Shown: positions 18,686-34,200 of the stretch, in pieces
How the letters are laid out: each line of letters opens with the position of its first letter
Numbering within the stretch: the stretch's first letter is position 1
Source of the DNA: Azolla caroliniana
Lineage: Eukaryota; Plantae; Polypodiophyta
Direction: 5' to 3'
Assembly: GCA_043228905.1 (NCBI GenBank)
Contig: JBHGNT010000033.1
Location: forward strand, 62,001 to 126,000
Length of the DNA stretch: 64,000 bases
Program-made: the position numbers and the translations under genes
The notes under the pieces: generated by a model
Told to the model about the DNA's origin: nothing
The model's input: the letters and a program-made list of their open reading frames with translations, nothing else
The model's database searches: none

Positions 18686-21600
18686 CATGTTAACATGAAT
18701 GTACACGTAATCCCGTTGTTCAATGTCAATGTTTCATGAACTCTATGTTGATGTGTGGCCCATGCCTCTTAGCACCTCTATACATGCACAAACAATGTTG
18801 ACCAAACTCTCTTGTTAATATACCCAAAGTATCTTTATATCTATGATCTTGATGGGAGGGCCTCTCAAGTGGCATGCTTCCAGATGAACATCTTGTGGAT
18901 CTCTTACACCTCTTAATGTGCAAACTTACTATAACGTTGCCTTGTACACGTATTGCCCAACGTTTGGTTACACTTTGTATTTTGCAGCTAGGAACCCAGT
19001 ATAGGTCACCAAACAATTCTTTACAATCTAGAATGATTGCGATGTTGAACATATACACATATCATCATATTGTTTAAACACTTAGTGCCGATTAAGATAG
19101 AGAACCATATAACATAATAGAATAAATATTTACTAAGTGTTGTAATAGATGATCAACTATGTTGAGGGTGTCAAGGTGGAAGGTCCCATCGTTGATGTTA
19201 CTTAAGATCCAATATAGGCAATGCCCATTTGATCCAAAACATGCATGGCATCAAAGTGAACCATGTTTAAAAGATCAGTACAATCACACCTTTGTGAAAT
19301 GGTGCTCTCGTGGCATTTAGTTCCAATCGAGAATTGCTTGCAAACGACATTGTAAATGCTCCAATGTAGGTATCTTTCTAGTCTCTCTTTGATGAGCTAG
19401 AGGAGGGCAGTTTTACGATGCTAATGTGAGGTTTCCTCATCCATGTTCTTAATGGTACAAAACCATAGACTTGGGATGGGAGGACCTAAACTTCAATTGA
19501 TGGGACAACCTCTAAGCCAAACGTCAATCAAAACAATGTTCCCTTGACACTAGTTATGAAGGCAGAGTAATGCATACACATGTTACAAATCTACTTATTA
19601 ACAAACCAAATTAAAGTAAAAGAAAGGTGGATAGATTGGATAGAAGAACTTGATCCTTTTGACCCCAAGTTATGATTAAGCCATAGCCATACCACCACTG
19701 ACATCCGATACAAACAAATATTAGGATGACTCGTCACATTATTAACATGACAAAAGCCTAGCCCGCACCACTAGTGTCAATGACAACCCAAATGTCATCA
19801 TGGCCCCTTCCCTTTATGTACGAGGTAAACTAACAATAAATTTCATATATATACTTTCGCAAGTTCCCACTCTATGGAAATTACAAATATCTTGATTCTT
19901 ATCATATCTAGAGTCTTAAACTCCCTCCCTCTCCCTATTTTTCAAACTCCCCCTCTCTCTCTCCATTTTCAAATTAATTTCAAAATTATAGACAAAAATT
20001 ATTCGAAAACTTGAATTGAGGATACAGAAAATGTATTTGGAAAAAATTCATGTAGAGAGAAATAAATTAAAATTCATTTCTCTCTTTACAAATTCCCACT
20101 AGCGCCCCCTCCCCCCCCTCCCTCTTTCTACAATCTCCAATCTCCCTCGTATAGAATTATTCTCTATCTTGACTTTCTTATCTTTACAACAACCTAATTC
20201 CCTCTCTAGACGTTTTGTCTCCACACTTCATATTGGCTTCGACTTTCCACAATTCAAATCCCCTTTATCTCTCTATGATTTTCAGATTCCCTCTACTTGA
20301 CCATGTCTAAATTGCAAAACCAAATTTCCCCGTTCTCTCGACAAACTTCAAATTTGAGAGAAAAAGAAGGTGAAGGGGGGGATTTGGACATCCTATAAAG
20401 ACATGGGTATGTAGAAAAAAAGTACTTGGGAATTGGAAAGAAGGAATTTAGGAACTTAAAATATGTGCAAGTTCCTCTACAAATTTAGGAAACAAAGTTC
20501 CCTCTCTAAGTACAATTTTCGAATTCCCTTTGTCTCAACAATTACGAAATTCCGTCTCTCACAATTTTGAAAGTTCACTATGTCTTCCTAGCATTTTGTT
20601 GATGCATTTTCACTCCTTGCTTTAGAAAAAACAATCAATGTCAATGTTGAGATACTTCTTGGAAAGCAAATTCTATCATTCTCTTCTCATTTGTCGAAAA
20701 ACAAATTCAATATCAATGTTGTACAACTATTTTTAGGAGCAAACTGTTGGAAGCATGATCTCAACTAAAATCAAGAAGACCTTCTATAATGAACATCATT
20801 GGTCATTATGTACAATTACAACTAAACTAATGAAGTCATTTTACAATGAGCATTTAAAACTATATCGACCAAAATTCAAAAAGTTGAACTTCCTAGTTTG
20901 CAACACTATTGATATTGTTGCAAAGTACAAACTTTATTTCAACATCATCATGTATATATTTCTAGAATTTCAAATGAAGTTGTCTAATATATCTTTCTTT
21001 TTTTTGTTATGTCCTTTTACTCATGACGAATCACGATATCTCCATTTATTTTTACTTACTATTTGATAAATCCCATGAACTTAATTTGCTAGCTTCCACA
21101 TTTTGTGTAACTCCAACATTACTCCACCATCGTGATACCTATTTATGATGTGTTAGAAGCCATTCCAATTTGCATCCCACAAAACATTGCAAAATTTTCC
21201 ATAACAAACTTGACTTTACAAACCCCCCACCATAATAGGGACTAGTAAAGGTCACTCTATTAGTTTCATGAGCACATGTTTTGAAAGATCTTTAAAGCAT
21301 CAATATTAGTGTTTGTGAGCATATGCATCCAAATGTTTGCATGGGATGAGAGAGTATTAAAATATTATTCCCAAATACATCAAGCTTAATGTCTATGTCG
21401 ACTACATCTCAAAGCACCATCTTAACTAATCCATTTGAAGAATGTGAAAGAGTAAATGGAATAATGATATCTAAAAGAACTCAAACACATACTCATTGCC
21501 ATAACTAATAGCTTGTAAGTTGACATTTTCATGCAATTGCTTTTGATGACCAAGTCACTTCAACTTTGAGGTGCATCCTAGTATTTCTAGACAAGGAGAT

Positions 21601-21710
21601 AGTGTTGAAGTACCTGATCAATGTGGGCAAAATGAAAACCATATTGTAATAGTGTGAAACCTCATTGAAGAAGATTAGCCACCCTCTCTACCTATATGTA
21701 GCTAGGTATG

Positions 21711-21974
21711 ATAGATATAACCCACGTTTTGTAAATAGTCAAGAACAATAAATACATCAATACAATGGATCAAATTGTAGTGTTTGTCACTTCTCCCAAA
21801 CTTAAGCATCATATACTTATATTTTATGTCACTGACCCCTTATTCTTATAGATATAACCCACGTTTTGTAAATAGTCAAGAACAATAAATACATCAATAC
21901 AATGGATCAAATAGTAGTGTTTGTCACTTCTCTCAAACTTAAACATCATATAGTTATATTTTATGTCTTATTCT
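21711..21974. repeat. Tandem duplication, 137-bp unit x2
   Basis: ATAGATATAACCCACGTTTTGTAAATAG... begins at 21711 and at 21848; copies are near-identical. Confidence 0.9.
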
Positions 21975-22668
21975 TTCTCTCTCTCAAGGGGAGAAGGATC
22001 CCTCTTAAAGAAACCACCATTCATATTCTTGCACCCCACTAGATAACCACATTAGTTTGTGGGCATCCCAATCTCAGTCATCAACACATTTTAAGATTCA
22101 ATTAATTGAATCTAGATCACAATTTTACTAGCTAGATTTCAAAAAGATGGTAAAATATCAGATAGATACAATTTTACACGTGTATGTATGTATCTATTGA
22201 TATAAAATCAAATTTATTTCACACCCGTAAGGTACATGAAAATTTTCTTTCCCCTTGACATAGGTATAAATGACAGTGTACATGAAATGATGACACCTAG
22301 GAAAAATGATAAGCTTAATCATTTTACTCCATGCGAAAATCATGGTTAGGACTACTTTCTCAAGGCATCATGAGGAGCTTTATACTTGTGTAAGTCAACA
22401 ACAATGTTGAGCATGACATAAAAAGCACCAACAAATAATAGGTCCATTTGGCAGGTAGAATAGAGAGAATCGTGAATAAATTCGGTAGCAGAACCCAAAA
22501 TCTGTCTGGAAGGTTTCCAAAATTCGGTAGCGTTGGATATATGAGTTGATTTCCAATGTGGCTTCTATAATAGCCGTGAGGGTAATTTGTGACAGGCAAT
22601 GTTCCGATTTCTATCTCCTCCATTCTTGGATTCCTGTAGGAATGTTGTCTGTTCGCAATCTTTACCAA

Positions 22669-25600
22669 TCAATACTTCACTTCAGTAATTCTATGATCTC
22701 TGTCATCAAAACCCATTGAGTTGCTTATTACTGCAGCCTTTACACGCTCCAGTTGTATCAATTGTGTCCTCATACTACATTCTTCAACCTGCAAGCCTCA
22801 TTCAGGTTTACTTCTTTATCACAAAAAACACTGGAAATTCTGAAACGCTTTTGAAACCAGTTGTAAAAACATGTGATTGTACAGTAGAACCATATTGTTA
22901 TACCTCAAGTGTTGAAGCCCGTGTTAAAAGCTCAGCACAATCTCCCAGCAATAAGCGTTCTTGAGTGACCACATGAGCTAGTTCAGACATCAAGGTATTT
23001 GTTTTCTCAGCCTGAGTAATCGGAACAACAAATATCAGACAACAGCATTTTCACATCAAACAATTGCCAGTCTTTGAAAGTGATAGGTTGATTGGCATAC
23101 TTTTGGAAGAAGGTAATTGATTGAATTCTCCACAGAATTCATCACATCCACTGCAGAATCCAACGCATCCTTGAGAGCGAGTGTGTCAACCTGTCAATTT
23201 ATCCAATGAAAAATATTAAATACTTATATGCCTTTGTTCTATATATATTATTAAACAAGAAATTATCTGCAAGAGTATCATGGCTTGTCTTATTTACCTT
23301 GACACCAGAGACAGGTATCCGCAAGACGGCAGATTCCAAAGATTGGAGTGTCCCATTCAAGGCTATCATATGTTGTGGCTCTAAAGTAGACCATTCTTCA
23401 AGGAGAGGAAGCTGAAAGAAATGGGACAAATTTTATAAACTTTTCGACAAGCAATATATGATGGGAAGTACAAAACCAAGGAAAGATAAAAGTAGGCAAC
23501 AGCAAATTATAGGACAAATTACATCTAATTTCTTTGAATAATAAGATTGCTCAAAATTTTAAGGAACTAAAGACAATCTATTTTTAGTGTATATATTCTG
23601 TAAGCCAACGCTCCTGATCCTTAACGTGGACTGTGATTCGTAAAGTAGTATACATCAGAAGTCAAATTCAACATGAGTATAGTTCCTGTAGAGAGCTAAT
23701 ACGAGGTGGACAAGGTTTGATCAATTAGAGAGAGAACAGAAAGTACTTGAGCTGAAAGGAGTTCCTTGAGCTGGTGAGCTTGCTTTGCTTGCTGCAACTG
23801 TATCCTCTTCTTAGAAATGGAAGATTGAAGTTCGAACGTTTTCGTACAAACATTGTAAAGTGATTTCTAGTAATTCATAAAACAGGAGAAGAAGAAGGTA
23901 TTACCAAATGCACAACATTAAAAAGGCACACAAAATAGATTAGAAAAGCACATATTTGTTGAGGTGCTCACAGCAATTACCTCTGCAGCACAGATCTGGG
24001 CTTCCATAGCTGCTTCCGCTTTCGCATTCACAAACCGCCACTGTAGAAGACGGTTTTGCAACATTCTATATTGGTGAGCTTCCTCCATCTGGCTCAGGCC
24101 TTTCTTCCCACTTCTTTTTGATGTCTCCACCACCCCAAAGTTAAGACTAACTGCTGCATTACTACTCCTTTGGTGATGATGGTTGTGTGTGAGCAGCGGC
24201 ATGGGTAATAACGTCCGCACTTTTGAGGGGCTAGTAGAGTTTCTGTATGGTGATAGCCGTGACAGCGAGAGAGATTGTTGCTGAGGTGGCAATGACCGAT
24301 TGATTGGACCAACCCATGGTGATAAAGCAACACCATTCACAACTATGTCTGATACAGGAAGAATCTGATCAGGAGTCATAGGGGGGGTGTTGCTCTTCAT
24401 TCCACCTCTTCTTGCAGATGCCATTGCTAGATCAGGTTCAGCCATGGAGGATCTTAAGCTGTTCATTGTTTGAGATGAACGGGTAGATCGAACCGAAGCA
24501 TCCTGCAAAAACCGCGCTGGAACAGTGGTTCCCCGTACTGATCTTCCAGCAGAAGAAGCAGGCATCCCTTTACTTGAAGAAGTTGTTGCTGTAGTGATAA
24601 TAGATGGCATACTCTCTGTCTCAGAGATATTGTCTGGAATAGAAGAGCTGATGGAGCGATCAGTTAAATCAAGAGATGTATCTGCATGCATTGACAGCAA
24701 GGATTCCATTTGGTCTACTTGTTGATGCTCCGTTGGAGGAAATCTAGAAGAGTTTTGGACAGATTCTTGCAGTTTTCTGCTTACCTTAGCCGACAAGTCT
24801 TCCTTTACATCCTTGCTTTCAGCATTTCCTTTCTGTTGTAGGAAACCACCGCATGCATTCTGACTTTCGCTGGCAGTCTGTGGAAATGCTCTTGAAGAGT
24901 TCATAGGCCGTGGTGCTCGAGAAGAGCCATAGCCAAGCTTTGGTTGTACTATCATTGGCGTCATTTTACTAGGTAGCTTAAGCCTCTCCGCTGAGAAATC
25001 CACGCTTCGACTGAGTGCAGCCCCAAACATTTTTCCATTGGCCGTCCATCTTCGACTCTCAGGTCTGTTGATGTTATCCAGAGGTTGAGAATTCTCTGTT
25101 TGATCTGAATCTTCCAGACGTGAAGGTGTGGTTCTGTGCTCTAGAATGAGCTTTCGATGTGCAGTATTAGAAGAAGGTCTCAATGTGTGATCTATGTTCT
25201 GATGATTATTGTCTTTGCTTCTATTGACAGAATGGATCCTCTTCGGAGGAATACTTGGAGGAGGAAGATCGCAATGGAGGGATGGAGAAAAGCCTCTTGT
25301 TAAAGGAAGCTTGTTGATATGGTGAGCAGACGATCCATTGGAAGCAGATAGATCAGAGGAAGAGGAAGAAGAAAGACCATCATTACAGAGTTTGGTATCA
25401 ATGATTCTAGAAGGAGATGGTCTTCTTCTTTCAGCGGATTGGAAGCGTCTTGGAGATGGCAGATCAGTGACATTAATTGTAGTTCTTTCACCACTGGGAG
25501 TAGGAAACCTGTAGCTAGACGAAAGAGAAGCAGCAGAGGTGTTTGTAATAGTAGAATTCTTGTACCTCGATGTGACCTCCCGATTTCTAGGTCTTCTCGC

Positions 25601-25756
25601 AGTGGAGTTTGATGTTGTTCTTTCCTCTCCATCTCCATGCTTTGACTGGCGAGGAGTTTGCAGAAGAGACGAAGATTGAGATGGATCCATGCACCCAGGC
25701 ATGTCTACGTTGTTGCTACTTCCAGAAACATACTGTTGCTGCTGCAGAAGTCTCAT
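22669..25756 (-). CDS. QWRF-motif microtubule-associated protein (AUG8/SCO3/EDE1 family), 6 coding exons, ~775 aa
   Basis: Exons 25756-23981, 23866-23747, 23411-23298, 23190-23101, 23011-22904, 22788-22669, all GT-AG and phase 0. Contains REVTSRY N-terminal motif and RLLQWRFVNAKAEA. A likely 5'UTR intron spans 25764-26517. Confidence 0.92.
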
Positions 25757-26921
25757 GTATAACCTGATGGAGAAGAAGAAACAGAGAGAATGAAGAAGAC
25801 AAATTGGAAAATACACAATGATCAGGTCCATAGGTCTCATGTATACGAATGATAAGACGAGATCAATCCTAATCTCTAGTAGTTCTGACAATCTACTGTG
25901 TAAATCACATACTTATAACCGGAGATTGGATGAATACGCTGAAGAAGTTATAATACAAATTAACGACATGTCTACAGTCTGAACCATGCCCTTGTCCGAA
26001 ATCACTACGTTTAACAAAGATTCCAATCAGACAACGAAATGGACAAGTACCAAGATTTACAACCTTTCAAAGTTATGGCACTAAGAAATGCAAGAAATCT
26101 ACCAGGGGACTGCCATGGCTAGCTTGCTATAGCGGAGGCCAAAATTAGAAGAAAACGGAATAAAGTGGATCAAGAAAAATGCGGTGTGAAACATGATAAT
26201 GCTGGAAAGGAGATTGAAAGAAGACACTAAACACAAGCGCAATATGTAGAACTACGACAGAGAAGAAAGTCACGCAATATTGATCTCGAAAAGATTGAAA
26301 CAACTTGATTTGTACAGCTGGGAGGAAATAAGCTAAAGAATACCCGTGAACAAGGTCATTATCTGTTTCCTGCTTTTGCACTGAAGGGAAATAATGGAAT
26401 CGGAAGGAGCGAGAATAAATATGTATTCCATTACAGCACCATTTGGAGAGCAAAAGGCATAGGAACATAGATTCCCCGCGGAATAATGATAAAATGAAAG
26501 CAAAAACCCGCACTTACCAAGAAAAAGACAATGCATCCGTAGGTTTGTATCAGCCTTCTCGCAAATGAACAGAAGAGCACCTGCTGAGCAGATAAATGAA
26601 TACACAGTGATGTGGTGATAAAGGGGATAAGGAAGATTCACAGTATGTCCTTGATTGATCGTCGATAAACTGGCGGAAGATAGGTTCTGAGGGAAGATAC
26701 GAACATGGAGAGACAGGGACAGAGGGGGGGGGGGTGATGGATGTGAGTAGAGAGGGGACGTGACTCGATGGATCGGAGAGCAGATGAAGAAGGGAAGGGA
26801 AGGGAAGGAAGAGGATGGATGGTCTGAGAAAAGAAACCAACACACAGACACAGCGAGAGAGAGACAGAAACAGAGAGAGACGTTAGAGGAGGAGACAAAG
26901 AGGGAATGGGTTTTGTTTTCA

Positions 26922-26990
26922 CATGGATGGATGGATGGACGGATGGACGGACGGACGGACGGACGAAGAAGAAGAAGAAGAAGAAGAAGG
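26922..26990. repeat. Compound microsatellite (GGAT)n(GGAC)n(GAA)n in QWRF 5'UTR/promoter
   Basis: Directly visible in sequence. Confidence 0.9.
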
Positions 26991-29900
26991 TCGAGGACGC
27001 TGCTGCTTTCGTTGCTTTCCCCCACCCCACCCCCCCCCCCCCTATATTCCTTCGTTCTTCTTATATTCTTATTTTTATTTTTTTGTATTTACTCGATACA
27101 CGCGTATATTATTGGCTGTTTTTTTTCTTTTGTCGATCTCCCTTTCTTCCTCCTATTTCGCCTAAAACAAACGAAATAGCAAATGCTGCAGCACTACTTA
27201 TTTTTTTGCATGTCTCACACGCCTAGGCCCCATGTTTTTTTCCCGTTGATTGATCCTTTTCAAAAACATTGCCTCCCTATTAAAGGAAAGAGTATTCATA
27301 TGGCGTTGCATACTTGGGGTTTTACCAATCGATAAATTTTCATGCATGTTATCATGGCAAATGCCAACAACACAAACTTGGCTAAAAATATATGAACCAC
27401 TTGTCAAGGTTGTAGCCAAGAACAATACACAACGATACAAGAGAATAAGAGAAGACAGAAATAAGAGGATATCATGCACTTTCATTTCTAATTGATTGTA
27501 TCCTTCCACATTAGGTCATTGTCGAGAATGAGTAAATATGAACCCTTTTTGTTGACAAAATGGTTGAAGTGTGGGTGGCAATCCAGCTTCGAGTGGATCG
27601 GTCCCCATGGTTGCTCTGCTCGGTTGGTGACAAGTTCTTGGTGAGTTAATCAAGTACAATTAGTCATTCAAATGCATCCTTCCCGATATCCCACCAATGC
27701 ATCACGAGTGGGTCTAGTAGGCACGTTGTTGAGCAACTCAGCTTTGGCATGGTTCGCTCTATTGTTAGAAAAAAGATCTCCATTACTAAATAATTTTGAA
27801 GAGTTTATAAGCTAGTTTAAAGCATGTTTTGGAGATACTAATAGCATAAGGACGACAATCAACAAAATCCGACGATTACGTCAAGGTGATTGTCCATCCT
27901 TCGCTTACGATGCAGATTTCCGTCTACTCGCCTCTGATATCCCCTTGGATGATCGAACATTGATGGGGCAATTTCGATACGGCCTACGAAATGATGCCAA
28001 AGACTTACTCTTAACTTTCCCCGAAGAACCAAAATCGCTCATAGAGGCAATCAATTGAGTGGTACGATGCAACAACCGGCTTTTTGAACGACGTTCGGAA
28101 CGCCAGTTACAAATGCCAAGACCAAGTCGGAGCCCACATACGCCTCGGTCGTAGCAAAACCATTTGTAAGGGAGTCATATAATGCATATTCAACAAATAC
28201 TCCAACACGAATGAAAATCAACACCACGCGTCGTCGTGGACCATTGTTGGAAGAAGAAAAGCAACGACGTCGAGCAAATCGATTATGTCTTTATTACATA
28301 GGACCAGGGCATGTCGCAATAAACTGTCCACATAGGCCAAGAAAACAAGTAAATCAAATAGTAGCTTGTACTAAACCCAAGTTTATTTTAGTAGGAGTTT
28401 CTGATAGTCCCAAATAGTACTAATAGCCCAAGTCTATCGAACAATTTTGAAGTCCTTAGCCGGTTAGAAGAAGAGTTAAACGACTAAGTCCAACCAAAAT
28501 AGGAGTCGTTTGGTTGGAAAACCCTAGATCTATGCAACCCATTAGTGGTTCCATTCCTCTAAGCAAGTTAGCAATGTGTTCTTAGCTCAAGTAACAGTTT
28601 GTACTAAAAGTACCCCTCCAATACATGTCTTGGCATTCTTAGATTCTGAATCCAATTCTTGCTTCATGGATAGGAATTTTGCCCAAGCTCATCAGCTATC
28701 CCTAAGAAAGCTTCCTTGCCCAACATTTGTAGTAGTCATGAATAGTCGCCCCATTGCTTCCAGAAATATCGTAGAAGAGTCAGAGCCGATTCATGTTGTC
28801 CTAGATTATATTGGTGTGTGTAGTATCATTTAATATAATTAGTAATCCAAAGCATCCAATTGTCTTTGGGTTACCATGGTTTGAATTACATAACCCATAA
28901 ACAAATTGGAAGAACATAGATTTTAGAGGGATCTTCTCGTCAAGTCACTGTATTCAGTGATCACAAAAATCTTGCCTACTTCCAGAATGCTTGTGTATTA
29001 AATTGACAACAAGCTCAGTGGGCCCAATTCCTCACTTGTTTCGACTTCAAAATTACACATCGTCTTGGGAAGCAACAAGGGAAGGCAGATGCATGTCAAA
29101 GTTAATATGATGAAGCTTTGACAAACCAATTTATCCGAATAACAACAAAAAAACAGAGAATAAAGGTTTAATGGAAGCTTAAGAACAGAGAATACACATA
29201 AGAGACAGAGAGAGTAGAAAGCATAAACTCAATTCAAAATAATAACGCTCTATACATACAATGTGCTTAGTGAGCACTTTTATACAAGTCCTTACACGGA
29301 TTGTTAGATATAATCAATTATCAGCCCCAAGTTGTAAATCTATCCCCATATGTGGTCTTATAGTGCAGATTTCGTGATAGCGCCCCAAATGAGGAGCTGC
29401 GAGTGTGCAACTCGACCATATGGGTCAATAAGGTGTTAATCTAGGAAACCGTAGATGTGTAGGACACAATGGATTTAGGAAATAGCGAAATAGGTAATAT
29501 GATTGGCTAATCAAGTCAACTAGAATATTTTGTGGGCAAGTTGCAATGTACTTAGTCTTGAAGTATGTGCCATTGACTTCAAGATAAGTACCATCTAGCA
29601 TTAGCCTGTATCTAGGAAGTTGGGTCATATTAAATGACAAGTCAGTTGACAGAAAAGTAATATCTCCACTATTATCAACTGACATGCACATTTAATGTTA
29701 CACTCAGACCAAATAGAGAATATAATCCACTCTCTTACACAGTGGTGCAGTGGTGTATTGATCATTGATCCCCACTAATTTTGTAGTGAGTTGGTCCAGA
29801 TCCCATCTAAGCTCTAAGGTGTGAGCGCATGGGTGACCTACCATTGTGAGCTACTCTCATATGTAATAGAAGTTTTGTTTTCATATTTCTCTTTGTGGTT

Positions 29901-30014
29901 GTAACTCTATATACCTATCTAATCGTTTCTCAATATTTCTAACATGGTATCAAAGCTGAGAGGTTGATCTAGATTAGGTATATACGGGTAGTTGTTGTCT
30001 AGCAGAATAGAGAA

Positions 30015-30047
<33 letters not shown>

Positions 30048-31208
30048 CAATGACCTTGTCCACAAATGTTGCAGTTGCTCCACTGTGCATCCGCCCACCT
30101 CCATTGTTTGATGGAAATCTAGATGGAACCAACTACAGTCTATGGAAGTTCAAAATGTTTGCCATTTTGGACTCCTACGAGTTGTTGGAGACAATCATGG
30201 GACCCACATGAGGAGACCCTGAGCCAATGGTGACCTTTGATCGTGCACACCCTACCACATAAATCCCTCCAAATGCTTATCTACTTCGAGCCTGGAAGAG
30301 ACGGAATGTTCAATGGATCGTGTTTCTACTGTGACAAGAACGGTCACACAATGAAGGATTGTCAGAAGAAGATGGCAGATGAGAAGATTGGTTATAGTAA
30401 GACTTCTTGGAGAGAGACCGAGTACGCCAACAATGTTGTAGATGAGCTTGAGTTATGGGTCGCAATTGACGAAGTGTGTTCTTCAGTTGACATTGTCGAC
30501 GACTCTTGGATTCTCGATAGTGGAGCATCCCGACATATGACCAGTAATCATGACCGATACAACTCTTGGACACCTCTACAAGAGCTCATCAATGTTGTGG
30601 TGGGGATCAATGCTCAATGTCCAGTTAAAGGAATCGGAACCGTCTCCCTCAAAGCAACGACCGACGGGACAAAACATCTCTCTCAAGTGTTGTACGTGCC
30701 AGATCTTAAGAATAATCTATTGTCCATTTCTGCATTGACCAACAAGGGTCTTGATGTTCGATTCAAGAAGTTGGGTGCAGAAATAACAAATTTTGTTGGC
30801 AAGGTTGTAGGAATAGGGGTAAGGCGCAACAATCTTTATCAGTTGAGCTCGTTCACAATTTCTACTGATCACAACACAAGTACTAACACAAAGCAATGGC
30901 TTGAGAGATTTGGGCATCTCAATGTTGTTGTGTTGAAGGAGATGAAGAAGTCAAATATGGTAGTTGGGTTGCCAACCCTATCTAACTTAAGTCATGTTTG
31001 TGATGCTTGTGTAATGGGCAAGCATCAAAGATCAACCATTCCAAAAGAGAGTCAAATGGAATTAAGCGCCAACTTACAACAGCCTACATCCCACAACAAA
31101 ATGGCGTTGTTGAACATCGAAACCGAACAGTTGTCGAGATGGTTAGGTGTACGTTGAACACACAAGCATTGCCCGACCCATTCTGGGCTGAAGCAGTGAA
31201 TACATCCG

Positions 31209-34200
31209 TGTAAAGAATTAAGAGATGGATTCTTGTGAAACAGAATAGGTGTGAACTGTGTGTGTGTGTGTGTATGAGATAGAGAGAGAGACACACAGAG
31301 TATACGCAAGGTTAAGTATATTAACAAAGGAGGAAGATTCAACATAATACAAGGTGGGAGGAGGGTGCTTTATGTAGTCACCCTCTCTCTTCATTAACTA
31401 CAAGACTCATGGAGCATGGGGAATGTGAAAGCTCATAAGTTATGTGTCATAGAATATGATTTTATGACTCATACTAAATGCTAGAATACAAAGTGGTGAC
31501 ATAATGGTGACTTTTGACTGTTGGAGTGTCTCTTCACTCTCAAGGTGAGTTCACACACTAGACCAAGTTGAGCTTGATTCTCAACACGCCCCCTTAAGCT
31601 CAAGTCGGGTAGGTTTCAGACAGTATCCGAAATCTGCTTCAACTCACGTTCCGGAGTCCGCGTCGACTCGCTTTATGCGGAGTTGTGGAATCCGTGCTCC
31701 AACTTGCGTTGTGCGTAGTTATGAAGTCTGTGCTTCAGCTTGCGTCTTTCTTCATGGCTTTGCGCGGTAGATCGGCTCTTCGCTGCTTCGTTGTGTGGTT
31801 GCAGAATCTACGTGTTATTGCGTAGTGTCTTCAGTACTCCCCCTCAAACTTGGCAGGTCAGGGATCGTCAATCCGAGATCGGTCATGAATTGCCACAGCT
31901 TGTCAGCTCCTAAGGCTTTAGTGAAGATGTCGGTCGTTTGAAGATTGGTGCTAATGTGTTGTAGGTCGACATCGCCAGCCAAAACGCGCTCTCGGATGAA
32001 GTGATAGTGCACTTAGATGTGCTTTGTTCCCGTGTGGAACACCAGGTTCCGAGCCAGATAGATACTGCTCATGTTGTCGCAATAAAGGGAAGTCAGATCC
32101 TTGATGGGTACGCCCAGATCCTTCAAAATCCTCTTGAGCCATACGACTTCACATGCAACTATGGTTGCGCCCCTATATTCCACCTCCGTACTCGAAAGAG
32201 CGATGATAGGCTGCTTCTTGCTACTCCATAATATTGCTCCGCTGTCGACGGAGAAAACAAATACGGAGGTTGATCTTCTATCGGCTTTGTAGCCAGCCCA
32301 ATCGGCATCTATGTACCCCTCGAGTCGTATTGGCATCGCGGTCTTGTATAGGATGTCGCAATCCATTGTGCCGCTCACGTATCGTAGAACTCGCTTAGCG
32401 CAATCCAAGTGAGTATCACACGGTGTTTGCATGAATTGGCTAAGGAGACCGACCGGATAACTGAGATCGGGTCGAGTGATTGTGAGGTAGATGAGGCTCC
32501 CGATGAGTTGTCGATACTAAGTCGGCTCACACGCTTTGGTGCCGGAGTTTGCATCTAGTTTGAGATTACGATTGAGCGGGGTTGCCACGGATTTGCACTC
32601 AGCCATCTCGAACTTGTGTAACAAGTTGAGGATGTAGTGCCGTTGAGAGATCATGATTCCGGCCGGAGTCCGAATTACCTCGATGCCGAGGAAGTAGTGG
32701 AGCTCCTTCATGTCCGTCATCTCAAACTTGTCGGAAAGGAGGGATTTGACCTTAGTGATTTCGACGAGATGCTCACCTCCAATGACTAGGTCATCCACAT
32801 ATAAAATGATGACGATCGGACTTGCGGAATCACTTCGTATGTAGAGAGAGTTGTCCGATTTTGACATACGGAAGCCAATTTGATGAAGATATTGCGTTAT
32901 CTTCGAATACCAAGCACGTGGTGCTTGCTTGAGGCCGTAGAGTGGCTTCTTGAGTCGGCAAACAACTTTCAGATGGGTGCTCGAGTTGAAGCCGGGTGAT
33001 TGGATCATGTACACCTCTTCTAATTCTCCTTGTAGAAAGGCGTTCTTGACGTCCATTTGATGGAGGTGCCACCCTTTCGTCGCGGCAATCGCAATTACGG
33101 TTTGCACCGTCGTCATCTTTGCCACCGGGGCAAAGGTCTCTTTGTAGTCGACGCCATGCGTCTGAGCGTATCCTTTCGCTACGAGTCGAGCTTTGTAGCG
33201 GTGTACGGAACCATCAACGTTATACTTCACCTTGTAGATCCGTCTGCATCTAATCGCCTTTTTGTGTGGTGAGGTGGGAACGAGATCCCACATCTCGTTC
33301 TTCCGTAGTGCATGCATCTCCTTGTTCATTGCTTTGATCCATCGCGGGTGCTTCGCGGCTTCCGAAAAGGTTTCTGGCTCCCGTACTGTTGCTACCTTCA
33401 TCATAAAGGCGTAATGGTACGCCATATAATCGTTGTGGCCGAATCGGCTTACGGGGTTCTTTTCATGAGTGGATTGGCGGAGCTTTCATTTGCAGAGAGG
33501 AGGGCTTTCTTAGCTCCGATTGGTACATCGAAGCCGCCGAACTCACTATCGAGTGAGTGAGTCGATTCATCGTCATCGAAGCGATCGTCTTCATATTCCG
33601 CCATTTTCGCCTTGCCTTTGTCCATCTTCGGGCTAGGTCGTGATGTGCTTTGATCACTCAAAGGCTCTTGTGGTCCGCTCAGTCAGGTCGTGATTGGACT
33701 TTCTTCGATCATGTGCATAGGGCGATCTTCATCCTCGATCTCTTGTTCGGCAAATTCCGGGTCGAGTGGAGGCGAAGTTGTCTCTGGTGCATACTAGGAT
33801 GTGGACTCGTCAAAAACGACGTCCCGACTTACTCGAGATTTTCGAGTTGAGGGGTTGTAGCACTTGTACCCCTTTTGCTCCAATGAGTATCCTACGAGGG
33901 TACATTTCTCTGACTTCGGGTCAAGCTTTTGACGCTTCTCGTCAAGGATGTGCACCTACGTTATCGCGCTGAATATCCAGATGTGTGATAAATCTGGCTT
34001 CCTTCCGAAGTATTTTTCGTGCGGAGTGACCTCGTGCACGCCGGATGTTGTGCACCGGTTAATTAGGTAGACGACCGTATTTGCAGCTTCGACCCAATAT
34101 GACTTGGGCATATGCTTCTCGTTCATCATGGCCCGCGCTACTTCGAGGATGTGCCGATTTTTGCGCTCGGCTACTCTGTTTTGTTGCGGAGTGTGTCAGC

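Noticed and set aside
18700-21650. Possible decayed transposon coding sequence and low-complexity tracts
   Set aside because: No motif, terminal repeat or TSD that I can identify confidently; needs a profile search.
26333-27226. Overlapping 100-230 aa ORFs upstream of the QWRF gene
   Set aside because: Low-complexity translations of microsatellites in the 5'UTR/promoter.
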